Position numbers and translations under genes: made by a program. Below are positions 28,586 through 38,208 of a stretch of 64,000 bases of DNA, in pieces. The stretch is from Escherichia phage vB_EcoM_G2540-3. The first letter of the stretch is position 1. Every line of letters starts with the position of its first letter. The DNA lies in the sequence record MK327944.1; one strand, given 5' to 3'. The notes under the pieces were generated by a model. The model was given only the letters and a program-made list of their open reading frames with translations. It searched no databases and was not told the DNA's origin.

Positions 28586-28906
28586 TTATTCTTTAAATCT
28601 AATCAATTTATTCATAGACTTTGTAACTTCTGCACGAACCTCATGTAAGTTTTTAAGCTGTTCAAGACTTTGCTCATAGTAAGCAATTTCATCTTCTTCG
28701 AGGCAGTCCTGTGAATCTTCTTTAAGATAACGTGCATAGTCCTGGAAAGCTTTACGGACTACTTCCTGGAAGTCATCAAGACTTTGAATTTTCTTAGGAG
28801 CAACAGATACACGACGAGGGGCAGTATAATACTCATAACCAAACCCTGCGCTTAATTGAGCCATTAGTATTTTTCCTCTGGTTGGAACACTGCGCGACAA
28901 GCCCAC
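28586..28906 (-). CDS. Hypothetical protein, 106 aa
   Basis: ORF. Confidence 0.4.
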   Translation of the reverse strand: MGLSRSVPTRGKILMAQLSAGFGYEYYTAPRRVSVAPKKIQSLDDFQEVVRKAFQDYARYLKEDSQDCLEEDEIAYYEQSLEQLKNLHEVRAEVTKSMNKLIRFKE

Positions 28907-29130
28907 ATACTGGCTTCTTTGAGTTTCGTTTTAGCAATAGTTAACTGATCGAGGCTTTCGGCGTAATTCTTCGCGAGTTCATCATCTTCACAGCTATCAA
29001 ATGCTTCCCAGAATTCATCATATAAAGCATCAAAGATAAGCCCTAAACGAACTTCAGCATCTTTGATAGCATTCACTTTACTGATTTTATCGTCAGTATG
29101 TGGTTTATAACCTTTAATGTCTTCAATCAT
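28864..29130 (-). CDS. Hypothetical small acidic helical protein, 88 aa (positional candidate for vs.4/Acb2-type protein)
   Basis: ORF; candidate only by position in regB-denV interval. Confidence 0.35.
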   Translation of the reverse strand: MIEDIKGYKPHTDDKISKVNAIKDAEVRLGLIFDALYDEFWEAFDSCEDDELAKNYAESLDQLTIAKTKLKEASMWACRAVFQPEEKY

Positions 29131-29344
29131 ATTTTACTTCCTCACCTGTTCCCAAATCATATTCAACTAAACGAATAGGTTCATGAATGCCATATCCTTG
29201 AACAGAAATTTCTGTCGTAGGATAAATTCCATTAATATCACCCATGTTCCATGCTTCGTTAAATTGCTGTTCGCCTGAATTACTAAACCACTCGGCGAAA
29301 GCATTTAGCACATCTTCAGAACCTTCAATAATTATCTTTGCCAT
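29123..29344 (-). CDS. Hypothetical protein, 73 aa
   Basis: ORF. Confidence 0.4.
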   Translation of the reverse strand: MAKIIIEGSEDVLNAFAEWFSNSGEQQFNEAWNMGDINGIYPTTEISVQGYGIHEPIRLVEYDLGTGEEVKYD

Positions 29345-29706
29345 TACAAACTCTCGGTGAAGGTACGAGCGATAACGTCGCGCTGCTGTTCCGGAGTCAG
29401 AGAGTTAAAGCGAACTGCATAACCGGATACACGGATGGTCAGCTGCGGATATTTTTCCGGATGCTTAACTGCATCTTCCAGAGTTTCACGACGCAGAACG
29501 TTAACGTTCAGGTGTTGACCACCTTCAATTTTAACTGTAGGCTGTTGCTCAATTTCAATTTCACGGGCATGCAAACCATAGAAAATTTCTGGGTCTACAA
29601 AAGAGTCCTCTTTAAAGGTTTTAGAGACAATAATTCGTGCTTGAATACCATCTTCAAAATAAATAGTACCTTTATGTGTGCCTTCAAGAATTTGATATGC
29701 TTTCAT
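29344..29706 (-). CDS. Autonomous glycyl radical cofactor (GrcA/YfiD-like), 120 aa
   Basis: C-terminal glycyl-radical domain [28 protein letters not shown]. Confidence 0.7.
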   Translation of the reverse strand: MKAYQILEGTHKGTIYFEDGIQARIIVSKTFKEDSFVDPEIFYGLHAREIEIEQQPTVKIEGGQHLNVNVLRRETLEDAVKHPEKYPQLTIRVSGYAVRFNSLTPEQQRDVIARTFTESL

Positions 29707-29712
29707 ATAACC

Positions 29713-30093
29713 TCAATTAGAAAATAAATTTATCCAAGATTGTTCTTTAATTAAAAATGGCTCAGAATCATATGCCATTAAACTCTGTGTGATTAGTCCT
29801 TTAAAAGGCCCATCAATAAATTCCATGGTAAAATATGGAATTTTATTCATTAGCCGTGCATTAGGAGCCGTGCACAAAACTCTGCATCCTTTGAATACGC
29901 CTTTTTGTAATTTGTATTGCTTGGGATAAAATTCGCTCAAAATGTTATTTTTTGCCAAAATTTCAAAATGATTCACCAATTTATTTTTAATAGTTTTTGG
30001 CGAAAAATAAAGATATTCGAAAAGCTGAGTGTCTGTCATCATTGCATTCCGATTACGAAAAACTGTGGACGAGTAATACCACCAATGCAACAT
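29713..30093 (-). CDS. Hypothetical protein, 126 aa
   Basis: ORF. Confidence 0.4.
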   Translation of the reverse strand: MLHWWYYSSTVFRNRNAMMTDTQLFEYLYFSPKTIKNKLVNHFEILAKNNILSEFYPKQYKLQKGVFKGCRVLCTAPNARLMNKIPYFTMEFIDGPFKGLITQSLMAYDSEPFLIKEQSWINLFSN

Positions 30094-30626
30094 TTAATAT
30101 TACAGCAGCAGTGTACAGTGTCAATATGGACACTATAAATCTTATCCATATCAGGAGATTTGACAGGCTCATCAATTATATACAAAATTCGCGAAAGCGA
30201 TAAACCTCTGAACTTGCTTCCTTTATTACCAATAAAACTGCGCACAGAATCAGTAAATAAACGAAAACGTATATCATCATTAGAATAACGCGAAAATTCC
30301 TTTTTAATATTATCTGCGGAAATTTTAGCGTAAGCTGAAGTATTAGAAAGAACAATAACTGTTCCACCGTCATACAACCAATTAGCGGCAAAATTAGTTA
30401 CTGCAGTTGATTTACCAGATTGACGCCCACCATCTAGTCGAAGTGTACAATACTGTTTAAGTAAGTCTTCAAATGGCGGGATATATTCGTTTTTACAAAT
30501 TTCTTCTACTCTAGCATCAGAATGGTGTGTAAAAGCATTCATCAGGGATAGATAAGGACCAGTTAAAAATGTTCTCATTTTGTTCTCTCTAGGTTTGGGC
30601 CATTCCATGGCGCATGAATTGTCCAT
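30039..30626 (-). CDS. Hypothetical P-loop protein, 195 aa
   Basis: Walker A-like GGRQSGKST. Confidence 0.45.
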   Translation of the reverse strand: MDNSCAMEWPKPRENKMRTFLTGPYLSLMNAFTHHSDARVEEICKNEYIPPFEDLLKQYCTLRLDGGRQSGKSTAVTNFAANWLYDGGTVIVLSNTSAYAKISADNIKKEFSRYSNDDIRFRLFTDSVRSFIGNKGSKFRGLSLSRILYIIDEPVKSPDMDKIYSVHIDTVHCCCNIKCCIGGITRPQFFVIGMQ

Positions 30627-30723
30627 TTCTGTATTTACCCATTACCGCACTTGGGCTCGACCTTATTACAGGTTGGCGGGAATCCCTCACAGAATCATGA
30701 GGTCCAGGTTATTCCCATGTTAT

Positions 30724-31140
30724 TTAAATGTAAATATTTTTGCCGTAATACTTATACCAGTGTGGCTTCATTAAAATTTTTTCATCGAGTCGTTGTTGAC
30801 TCAACTTAATAGCTGATTTGCATGGATTATAATCATTTTTCCATTCTACTGGAATATCGCTGATGTCAGGAACTTCAGTATCTTTTATACTGAACCCGCG
30901 TTTTAAGCATTCCGTTATAATGTCCGATTGACGCTTTCGCAAAAATTCTAACTTATCGTAAAAGAAAGTAACATGACCAGAACCTAAAATAAATTTAGAA
31001 GATATTTTAAAATCTTTAACGCGCTTACCGTTTGCCACATGCTTACGAACTATACCAAAAACACGCGGCAATTCACGGTATTCTGCGATTAAATGTTGAT
31101 CAGCAAGTTCAGATACTAAAGTCAAATTAATACGAGTCAT
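30724..31140 (-). CDS. denV: Endonuclease V (pyrimidine dimer DNA glycosylase), 138 aa
   Basis: 138 aa; [17 protein letters not shown]...[10 protein letters not shown] matches recalled T4 endo V with scattered substitutions. Confidence 0.9.
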   Translation of the reverse strand: MTRINLTLVSELADQHLIAEYRELPRVFGIVRKHVANGKRVKDFKISSKFILGSGHVTFFYDKLEFLRKRQSDIITECLKRGFSIKDTEVPDISDIPVEWKNDYNPCKSAIKLSQQRLDEKILMKPHWYKYYGKNIYI

Positions 31141-31164
31141 TTTATCCCTCCAAGTAACTGTGAA

Positions 31165-31196
31165 TATACTATCACAATTCTAGGAGAAAGTAAACA
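31165..31196 (-). promoter_or_regulatory. T4-type early promoter upstream of denV
   Basis: Minus strand GTTTAC... TAGTATAT. Confidence 0.45.
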
Positions 31197-31199
31197 ACT

Positions 31200-31730
<531 letters not shown>

Positions 31731-32186
31731 TTAAAAGAGGCTGTTCATTATTCGGTAAAGTGAAGGACCCATCACATATTGCCACTGAGTACGAGGAATA
31801 AGAGCAAAAGCATCCATCTCTGGAATCATAACGCCATCTTTATTTTCAAAATAAGACTCGCAATGGCAATTTCTAAACATCTCATGCTCTACTGGAATCG
31901 TATAATAAAATAACTGTAAGTCTTTATTACTAGAATATTTAAATACACCTAAGTCTTCTAGAAGGTCTGGATTATAATCGATAAAACCAGTCTCTTCTGA
32001 GCATTCTCTTTTTGCAGCTTCCAGTGCATTCAAATCAGAACTTTCTACGCGGCCCTTTGGAATATCCCAGCGATGTGCCATCATTCCAGGCTTACGAGAA
32101 CCAGTAACCCGACCCATAAATAAATCTTTATCTTCTGTCATAAAGATAATACCAGCTGATAGTGTTTTCATTTTAATTTCCTGCAT
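31731..32186 (-). CDS. nudE: Nudix hydrolase NudE (e.1), 151 aa
   Basis: Nudix box GRVESSDLNALEAAKRECSEETGF; 151 aa; directly upstream of e. Confidence 0.8.
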   Translation of the reverse strand: MQEIKMKTLSAGIIFMTEDKDLFMGRVTGSRKPGMMAHRWDIPKGRVESSDLNALEAAKRECSEETGFIDYNPDLLEDLGVFKYSSNKDLQLFYYTIPVEHEMFRNCHCESYFENKDGVMIPEMDAFALIPRTQWQYVMGPSLYRIMNSLF

Positions 32187-32656
32187 TCAGTGATAAAGTT
32201 ATTTAAATTTTGAGTATATTTCTTTTCATCAAAAATCTTTTGTTGTCTGCGTAAACGCCATGGCATTTCAATGAACATACGCCATATTCCTGATAATACT
32301 GCTGCTGTAAAAATATTAACAAGTATAGTTAAAAGAACCCAATCTCCTATTCTGTCCATTGGATTTTTTATAAAAAAGTAAAATACGAACGATGATATAG
32401 GAAGACTAATGATATACCACAGAAGAACCTTCTTATCTGTGAACCAATCAGCATTCGTTAACTTAGCGCGACCGTTTTGAATACATACGAACTTATCATC
32501 TGTTACAGTAAATGGCTTAGCTGCTTGATATCCCATTCTAAACTCCCTAATCAACAAATTTTTCATATCTTCGGAACAACCATTCCAGTCAACTCTATCA
32601 ACTGAAATGCCATCATCCCCATCATCTAAATCATACCAGCGAGTTTTTAAAATCAT
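32168..32656 (-). CDS. Hypothetical protein, 162 aa, with hydrophobic segment
   Basis: ORF in e-to-tRNA interval. Confidence 0.45.
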   Translation of the reverse strand: MILKTRWYDLDDGDDGISVDRVDWNGCSEDMKNLLIREFRMGYQAAKPFTVTDDKFVCIQNGRAKLTNADWFTDKKVLLWYIISLPISSFVFYFFIKNPMDRIGDWVLLTILVNIFTAAVLSGIWRMFIEMPWRLRRQQKIFDEKKYTQNLNNFITECRKLK

Positions 32657-33015
32657 TTAATTTTCCTACAATCACTCACAAACTCTTTCATTGACTCATT
32701 TTCAATATAAGACATGTAGCTATTATATTCTTTTAATTGTATTTTGTAATCCTTTTTTCTTTGCCAATTTATTTTAAAATTATCATAATGAAAATATAAC
32801 ATGGTACCAAAGAATGAAAATAATGAAATCGCTATAGTAAAACGAAGTTCACTCCAAACCTCTGTTATAATTACTGTGCCGTCGATATTTAAAATAAAAC
32901 AGTCAATTAACAATCCAATAAGACTACCCGCAAGAGCTGTAAATACTGATACAGCAAGAATTAATAGTGCCTCAGGAAACGAATATTTGACTTTATTTAG
33001 TTTTGGCTTTTGCAT
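32653..33015 (-). CDS. Membrane protein, 120 aa
   Basis: Two hydrophobic spans. Confidence 0.45.
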   Translation of the reverse strand: MQKPKLNKVKYSFPEALLILAVSVFTALAGSLIGLLIDCFILNIDGTVIITEVWSELRFTIAISLFSFFGTMLYFHYDNFKINWQRKKDYKIQLKEYNSYMSYIENESMKEFVSDCRKIK

Positions 33016-33410
33016 CGTGATTCCTTAACAAATTTCATAATTTCATCAAATTCATACATATCTAGCTTAAGCTGGTGTTCCTTTTTAATCTTTTTACACT
33101 GAGCTTTCCAATCACGTACACGTTTACGATAATGTCTTCCTTGATACCAGTATCCTACCCAATTTACGGGTACTAATAAAAGTGGAACTATTAATGGAAG
33201 AATTAGCATTAACACAAGTATTTCGCCAGAATCAATATCAGTCATAACATCTAAAACACCTCCAATAATCAATAGAATTACAAATGATATGAGTATAACA
33301 GGACCTATTAACACATCAGTAGAAATTATCTGACGCTTTGGTTCATACTTCACAGGTTTACTTGGAAGGTATAGTGATGGTTTTGACATATTCTCTACAT
33401 TCCTTAACAA
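32997..33410 (-). CDS. Membrane protein, 137 aa
   Basis: Two hydrophobic spans. Confidence 0.45.
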   Translation of the reverse strand: MLRNVENMSKPSLYLPSKPVKYEPKRQIISTDVLIGPVILISFVILLIIGGVLDVMTDIDSGEILVLMLILPLIVPLLLVPVNWVGYWYQGRHYRKRVRDWKAQCKKIKKEHQLKLDMYEFDEIMKFVKESRCKSQN

Positions 33411-33972
33411 ATTTTTCTAGTAATAAATCACTTTCAAAATTGGGATTTTCTACAAATTTATCAAAAAGATCATCAACAATAGTTAAGATATTCTTTTTAC
33501 TAAGAATACGTTTATTTTCATGCTTCGTTTCAGAATCAACTATAAGAGTAAAGAAATATTTCTTGCCCTGAAATTTTACAGTAGTATCAATATAAAATAA
33601 ATTTGACTTTTGTAAATTACGTTTAAACCATGCGTCACTTAAACTATAAACACCGAGATAATCAAAATCGTCGTTTAAATAACAAACCGTCCATTCAGGA
33701 GAAATGAAATCAGTAAATTCAACATCAAAATCACACGTCAATGAATGAATTGATTCAATACTGTTAATGAGTATTCCAGGACGTATTAAAGACTTTTTAC
33801 CTCTAGAAAATCTTCCGGAAAGGCTTTCATCAGTTTCATATGAAGACCCCCAATAGTAATTACGTCCTTCTGCCATGCGTTTAAGAGCATTTAGTAATTG
33901 GTCTGGAACATCAACCTGTCTTTGGAACTCTTCAAACATTGAATTGAAATCACTTTGCATTTTCATTTTCAT
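33358..33972 (-). CDS. Hypothetical protein, 204 aa
   Basis: ORF. Confidence 0.45.
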   Translation of the reverse strand: MKMKMQSDFNSMFEEFQRQVDVPDQLLNALKRMAEGRNYYWGSSYETDESLSGRFSRGKKSLIRPGILINSIESIHSLTCDFDVEFTDFISPEWTVCYLNDDFDYLGVYSLSDAWFKRNLQKSNLFYIDTTVKFQGKKYFFTLIVDSETKHENKRILSKKNILTIVDDLFDKFVENPNFESDLLLEKFVKECREYVKTITIPSK

Positions 33973-34013
33973 TCCTATTTACTCCAAGTATAAGGGGCCG
34001 AAGCCCCTTATCA

Positions 34014-34607
34014 TTATTTCAGAGAATTAATGTATTCCTGAACATCGGCAGAGGTAGTTTCAACCCCAGAAATATTACCGTTAAAGGTTTCAACTCGAGC
34101 AAGGGTATCTTCAATATCAACCTTAGTCAGTGCTGCAATTTCAACTACATCATCAGCAGTACTAATTCCAAGGGCATTTGCTGCACGAGTTTCACGGATA
34201 TATTCCAATTTAACCGCAAGTTCTTGACGAGCATCATCTAACTCAACTACTTTCTTGGCGATTTCAATTCGCATTTCAGCATAACCGTCAGCCTTAGTAG
34301 TCAACTGCTCAGCTGTTCGACGATATAGTAAACCGAGTTTAGCATGCATTGTTACATCTTGGCCTTCGGAAAGAAGTTTACGAATTTCACGCTCTTTTGA
34401 TTCGGCCTGTCGATTCTTTTCGATAACAAGTTCACGAATACGTTTTTCTTCGTTAATAGATTTAACAGAAGCAGTTTTTAGATCTTTAATTTTATCAAGT
34501 AGTTTTGCTGCTGCAGCAGTATACTGTTCTTCGACAGATAGATTTTTAGCCATAGCAGAACCAAGTTTAGTGCGAATAAACTCAACAATTTTCTTCAGTG
34601 TGTTCAT
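34014..34607 (-). CDS. Hypothetical coiled-coil protein, 197 aa
   Basis: ORF; hairpin immediately downstream. Confidence 0.45.
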   Translation of the reverse strand: MNTLKKIVEFIRTKLGSAMAKNLSVEEQYTAAAAKLLDKIKDLKTASVKSINEEKRIRELVIEKNRQAESKEREIRKLLSEGQDVTMHAKLGLLYRRTAEQLTTKADGYAEMRIEIAKKVVELDDARQELAVKLEYIRETRAANALGISTADDVVEIAALTKVDIEDTLARVETFNGNISGVETTSADVQEYINSLK

Positions 34608-34708
34608 AGTATTTCCTTAGGTTAATTGAGATTTAAAATCCGTAGGAGTATAATACTCTATCGTCAAATTATAGGCTCATAATATCTCAATCATGAGCCT
34701 ATGTAAAC

Positions 34709-34984
34709 TTATTTCATATTATTGAAATATTCTTCTGCGATTTCGTCGTTATCATGGTAAACTTTAGAAGACAGTTTAACATAACTTTCAGCAGTGAACA
34801 TGTTAATCACAACCTTTACAGTATACCACTGACCGTCTTCATTGCCCATTACCGCATAAGTTTCAAACATCGGATGATCAGGACCGATAACTTTAATATC
34901 ATTCACTGTACGACCGAAATCTTCTGAAACACATTTCATAAAGAAGTTGAACAGTTCGCCGTAATTATCCATTTCATTCTCCAA
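34709..34984 (-). CDS. Hypothetical acidic protein, 91 aa
   Basis: ORF served by early promoter cassette at 35016-35045. Confidence 0.4.
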   Translation of the reverse strand: MENEMDNYGELFNFFMKCVSEDFGRTVNDIKVIGPDHPMFETYAVMGNEDGQWYTVKVVINMFTAESYVKLSSKVYHDNDEIAEEYFNNMK

Positions 34985-35015
34985 GTTGTTTTCTGTATCA
35001 GTAGTTGATAGTTGT

Positions 35016-35045
35016 ATAGTACCATGGAAGAACGGGGATGTAAAC
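35016..35045 (-). promoter_or_regulatory. T4-type early promoter cassette
   Basis: Same conserved cassette (GTTTACA-17-TACTATACAACTATCAACTAC). Confidence 0.55.
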
Positions 35046-35177
35046 CGTTTTGTGAAAAAATTTTTTAAAAAGTTTTAGGGAATTCTAGGGCAGGGAGGGG
35101 CAATTAAAAGATAGGATAATATATTATAAAGGGTATAAACTAAATGATGTCTAGAGAGGCCCGGAAAGGCCTAGATA

Positions 35178-35207
35178 CCAAAAAGCCCCAACCTTTCGGT
35201 CGGGGCT
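35178..35207 (-). terminator. Rho-independent terminator closing the tRNA/stable RNA unit
   Basis: Minus-strand RNA would form GCCCCGACC-GAAA-GGUUGGGGC hairpin followed by UUUUUGG. Confidence 0.5.
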
Positions 35208-35254
35208 AAGCCTTGCGGCAACCTTGTCGGGGTTCCACCTGCTAAGGCAAGTGT

Positions 35255-35410
35255 TTGTACGAAACGCCGGGATCGAACCCGGTTATTAAGTAGTTGACGC
35301 TACTCAATATTTTTAAAAGGCCATATCTCGACCATATCCGAACGTTCCGTCAAAAACGCTACTCGGCTTACGGCAAAGATATTTCCTCGAATCGATAATT
35401 CGGTGCGCCG
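35255..35410 (-). ncRNA. Possible small stable RNA(s) with tRNA-like 3' domain (comparable to T4 species 1/2 RNAs)
   Basis: No ORF; contains T-arm-like CCGGG-TTCGAT-CCCGG on minus strand but no canonical cloverleaf; located between tRNA-Arg and terminator. Confidence 0.3.
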
Positions 35411-35522
35411 TTTCTGCTGTGATATAAGGGGACATTAACAAAACATAAAGATTTATTAATGCCAGTCCTTAAACAGGGAACATCAGTCCGACGACTTACC
35501 GGTAGCGACCCGGTTTCTTGTC

Positions 35523-35598
35523 TGGTCGAGGCAGTAGGGATCGAACCTACGACCCAGGACTTAGAAGGTCCTTGCTCTTCCTTCTGAGCTATGCCCCG
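35523..35598 (-). tRNA. tRNA-Arg (anticodon UCU), CCA encoded
   Basis: Hand-folded cloverleaf: acceptor CGGGGCA/TGCCTCG, anticodon loop CTTCTAA, T-arm GTAGG-TTCGATC-CCTAC. Confidence 0.75.
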
Positions 35599-35601
35599 TA
35601 A

Positions 35602-36267
35602 TTAAAATTTCATTTTTCGACCTTTAAACCATCCTTCTGGAATTGGGTCAGTTTTCTTAATACGTTTAGAAACTTTTTCATCTAATGAATGAATCCACAT
35701 CATACCAAATTGGGAATTCTTTTCGCCCTGTTGGTGTTTATTTCTGGCGTGAGATTCTTTCATTTTATTAATAGTTTCATCTGAATGGGACTTACCCAAG
35801 AAAGATTTAGTATTTGAAAATTTCTCTCTATACTTAGGATTATCCCAAAGCTGTTTAAACCTTTCTGAACCCATTTTACGATATTTTTCTTTAAGGTCTG
35901 GGTCGTTCTCAAATCTGGTTTTAAAAGCGGCAACTCCTTTTAAGGAAGCTTCTTTCTTTTTATCCAAATATTCTTTAGTGTTTAAATGGTCCCAACCACC
36001 TTCACCACCTAATTTCAAATTATAAACGTCAGGGCGCTTTAAAAACTCTTCAGTCACAATATTCTTTTCTGACTCAAACATAGAGGTTTTATCGTCAAAG
36101 AACTCTAATATTTCTTTAGAGAAATTTTCTATACCATACTTGTCTTGGGCTCTTTTTAATAATTTACCAGAACCCATATATCCATCATCTAAATTTTCGG
36201 TAGAATGAGCGCCTATATAGATTTTATTATTAATTTTATTTGTTATTTTATAAGTGTAATGGAACAT
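35602..36267 (-). CDS. segB: GIY-YIG homing endonuclease SegB-like, 221 aa
   Basis: GIY-YIG N-terminus YTYKITNKINNKIYIGAH; 221 aa; embedded in the tRNA cluster as in T4. Confidence 0.75.
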   Translation of the reverse strand: MFHYTYKITNKINNKIYIGAHSTENLDDGYMGSGKLLKRAQDKYGIENFSKEILEFFDDKTSMFESEKNIVTEEFLKRPDVYNLKLGGEGGWDHLNTKEYLDKKKEASLKGVAAFKTRFENDPDLKEKYRKMGSERFKQLWDNPKYREKFSNTKSFLGKSHSDETINKMKESHARNKHQQGEKNSQFGMMWIHSLDEKVSKRIKKTDPIPEGWFKGRKMKF

Positions 36268-36308
36268 AAATATCTCCTATTTCTAAGAGTATTTATGTTC
36301 CCAAAATA

Positions 36309-36380
36309 TGGCCCTGGGTGGAATTGAACCACCATCTGGCGATTATGAGTCGCTTGCTTGAACCTTCCAGCTACAGGGCC
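36309..36380 (-). tRNA. tRNA-Ile (anticodon CAU, Ile2/Met-type)
   Basis: Acceptor GGCCCTG/CAGGGCC, anticodon loop CTCATAA, T-loop GGTTCAATTCC; no encoded CCA. Confidence 0.7.
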
Positions 36381-36386
36381 TTGATA

Positions 36387-36459
36387 TGCTGATTGACGGA
36401 ATCGAACCGCCGACGTCCTCATTACAAGTGAGGTGCTCTACCTACTGAGCTAAATCAGC
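36387..36459 (-). tRNA. tRNA-Thr (anticodon UGU)
   Basis: Acceptor GCTGATT/AATCAGC, anticodon stem-loop CCTCA-CTTGTAA-TGAGG, T-loop GGTTCGATTCC. Confidence 0.8.
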
Positions 36460-36466
36460 GAAATTA

Positions 36467-36553
36467 CGGAGGCGATAGGATTTGAACCTATGAGTCGCCG
36501 GAGCGACTGCCGGTTTTCAAGACCGGTGCATTAAACCACTCTGCCACGCCTCC
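36467..36553 (-). tRNA. tRNA-Ser (anticodon UGA), long variable arm
   Basis: Acceptor GGAGGCG/CGCCTCC, anticodon loop CTTGAAA, extended variable arm, T-loop GGTTCAAATCC. Confidence 0.8.
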
Positions 36554-36555
36554 AG

Positions 36556-36629
36556 TCTCCATACAAGGATTTGAACCTTGGACCTCCTGATCCCAAATCA
36601 GGCGCTCTACCAAACTGAGCTACACGGAG
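36556..36629 (-). tRNA. tRNA-Pro (anticodon UGG)
   Basis: Anticodon stem-loop CCTGA-TTTGGGA-TCAGG, T-arm CAAGG-TTCAAAT-CCTTG. Confidence 0.75.
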
Positions 36630-36641
36630 TAAATTAAATTT

Positions 36642-36713
<72 letters not shown>

Positions 36714-36719
36714 AAACTT

Positions 36720-36806
36720 TGGTACGAGAAGTGGGACTCGAACCCACAAGGAAATCATTCCGCAGCATTTTAAGTGCTGTGCCTTTACCAATTTGACCAT
36801 TCTCGC
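36720..36806 (-). tRNA. tRNA-Leu (anticodon UAA), long variable arm, CCA encoded
   Basis: Anticodon stem-loop CAGCA-CTTAAAA-TGCTG, T-arm GTGGG-TTCGAGT-CCCAC, 3' ACCA; G1-U72 wobble in acceptor stem. Confidence 0.8.
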
Positions 36807-36807
36807 G

Positions 36808-36880
36808 CTGGGAATAAAGGACTCGAACCTTTGCATCCTGGAATCAAAATCCAGTGCCTTACCAACTTGGCTAATTCCCA
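36808..36880 (-). tRNA. tRNA-Gln (anticodon UUG)
   Basis: Acceptor TGGGAAT/ATTCCCA, anticodon stem-loop CTGGA-TTTTGAT-TCCAG, T-arm AAAGG-TTCGAGT-CCTTT; separated from tRNA-Leu by 1 nt. Confidence 0.8.
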
Positions 36881-36905
36881 ATTATTAACAAAGGCTCTTA
36901 AGCAA
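36881..36905 (-). promoter_or_regulatory. Possible MotA-dependent middle promoter for tRNA cluster
   Basis: Minus strand reads cTTGCTTAag (MotA-box-like TGCTT) about 11 nt upstream of TAATAAT, immediately 5' of tRNA-Gln. Confidence 0.3.
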
Positions 36906-36977
36906 GAACCCTTGATGATAGAGGGTATTAATCAGTGCGGTATGAGTTAATAATAACAAATAATTCTTAAAGCATAT

Positions 36978-37271
36978 TTACCATTTATGATAATACATAT
37001 TTACGATGCATTCAAGACCCAAAGGATTCTTGAAAATATCATATTCAAGAGGACCTTTTTCTGTTTCAATAAAGAAATCAAAATTTACTGTATTAAATTT
37101 ACGGTCTTCCTTTACTAATTTAACTTGAGAAGATGAACGGTCAATGTAAACCTTTTCAACTTCAAAACATGTTAAAATGCCATAATCATCAATCAAGGCT
37201 TTAGCTGCTTCTTGATCATATTTATATCCATTTTCAATGGATGATACTTTCGCATAAAGAATCATTATCAA
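36978..37271 (-). CDS. Hypothetical protein, 97 aa
   Basis: ORF upstream of tRNA cluster. Confidence 0.4.
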   Translation of the reverse strand: MIMILYAKVSSIENGYKYDQEAAKALIDDYGILTCFEVEKVYIDRSSSQVKLVKEDRKFNTVNFDFFIETEKGPLEYDIFKNPLGLECIVNMYYHKW

Positions 37272-37684
37272 CCTTCATCAACAATAGTGTGCGTATTGGC
37301 ATTAACTATTTGCCACCAATCAAAGCGATTAAAACCATACATCGGTTTGTTTTCATTTTCTTTGATAATGTCACGGAGTTCATCTTCGGTAGCGGCTTTC
37401 GCTATTAAATCAGCATATCCACCACGAGGATAATAATTATCACCTGCAAAAAGTAAAAAGTTTGGTGTAATATTATTGAACTCTTCAAGAGTAATAACTG
37501 TTCCTGATGGTAGTTGAACAATCTCTACATATTTATATCCCAATTTTTGAGCAGCATCTACTGCTTCAAGCAAAGTATCATGAGCCCGTCCTATTTGGCA
37601 ATTTGGCTTTTTAGATGGATTAGCCTGATAATCCGCGTACACTTTATACATTCTATTCACCTTTAGAAATTTTATCCATAACAA
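37268..37684 (-). CDS. Hypothetical protein, 138 aa
   Basis: ORF with 4-nt overlap to downstream ORF. Confidence 0.4.
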   Translation of the reverse strand: MLWIKFLKVNRMYKVYADYQANPSKKPNCQIGRAHDTLLEAVDAAQKLGYKYVEIVQLPSGTVITLEEFNNITPNFLLFAGDNYYPRGGYADLIAKAATEDELRDIIKENENKPMYGFNRFDWWQIVNANTHTIVDEG

Positions 37685-37838
37685 TAGCGATTAAACCAAT
37701 TAAAAATGCTACTACAAGTGAAAACACATTTTCTGCTGTAGTCAATAATCCGCATATAAATCCAACAAACATTGAAAAACTAAAAGCGGAAGCAGAAATT
37801 GCAATAGCAACATTTCGAATTAATTCACAACGTTTCAT
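37653..37838 (-). CDS. Small membrane protein, 61 aa
   Basis: Hydrophobic span; early promoter cassette upstream. Confidence 0.35.
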   Translation of the reverse strand: MKRCELIRNVAIAISASAFSFSMFVGFICGLLTTAENVFSLVVAFLIGLIAIVMDKISKGE

Positions 37839-37857
37839 TTTATTCTCCTCAGTAGTT

Positions 37858-37896
37858 GATAGGGTAATAATATCACCACCCTATCTAAAAGTAAAC
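37858..37896 (-). promoter_or_regulatory. T4-type early promoter with inverted repeat around -10
   Basis: GTTTAC -35; 8-bp inverted repeat GATAGGGT (37858-37865) / ACCCTATC (37878-37885). Confidence 0.45.
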
Positions 37897-38130
37897 TTAT
37901 TTTTTACGAAAAATTGATTTATATTTATCAGCCCATTTCTCGATGACTTTTTCTGGTCCATAGATAACAAAATAATCACCAAACTCTTCACCACCGAGCT
38001 GACCGAAATTATCTAATGCATCACGAAGAACTCCATGAGGCATTTCGCCCATTTTATCTTTCTTGCCAATGTAAATAAACTCAACTTTTACATCAGCAGC
38101 TTCAGCAATAAATTCTTGATAAGTTTTCAT
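37897..38130 (-). CDS. Internal protein (Ip)-like, with capsid targeting sequence MKTYQEFIAE (start assumed at second Met)
   Basis: N-terminus MKTYQEFIAE-A matches the T4 internal-protein capsid-targeting leader ending in the protease-site pattern (hydrophobic-x-E); own early promoter cassette. Confidence 0.55.
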   Translation of the reverse strand: MKTYQEFIAEAADVKVEFIYIGKKDKMGEMPHGVLRDALDNFGQLGGEEFGDYFVIYGPEKVIEKWADKYKSIFRKK

Positions 38131-38167
38131 TTTATTCTCCAATTTCACATTTGTTTTGATAGGGTAA

Positions 38168-38197
38168 TAGTATCACTACTAAAACCCCGTGTAAACA
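38168..38197 (-). promoter_or_regulatory. T4-type early promoter for Ip-like gene
   Basis: GTTTACA at 38190-38197 (minus), conserved GATAGGGTAATAGTATCACTAC block and TTTAAAATAATTTCACAAAGTTGTTTACA upstream region shared with 38497-38528. Confidence 0.5.
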
Positions 38198-38208
38198 ACT
38201 TTGTGAAA

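Noticed and set aside
35255-35300. A ninth tRNA suggested by the TTCGAT T-loop-like element
   Set aside because: No acceptor/anticodon arms could be folded into a canonical cloverleaf; more likely part of a tRNA-like small stable RNA.
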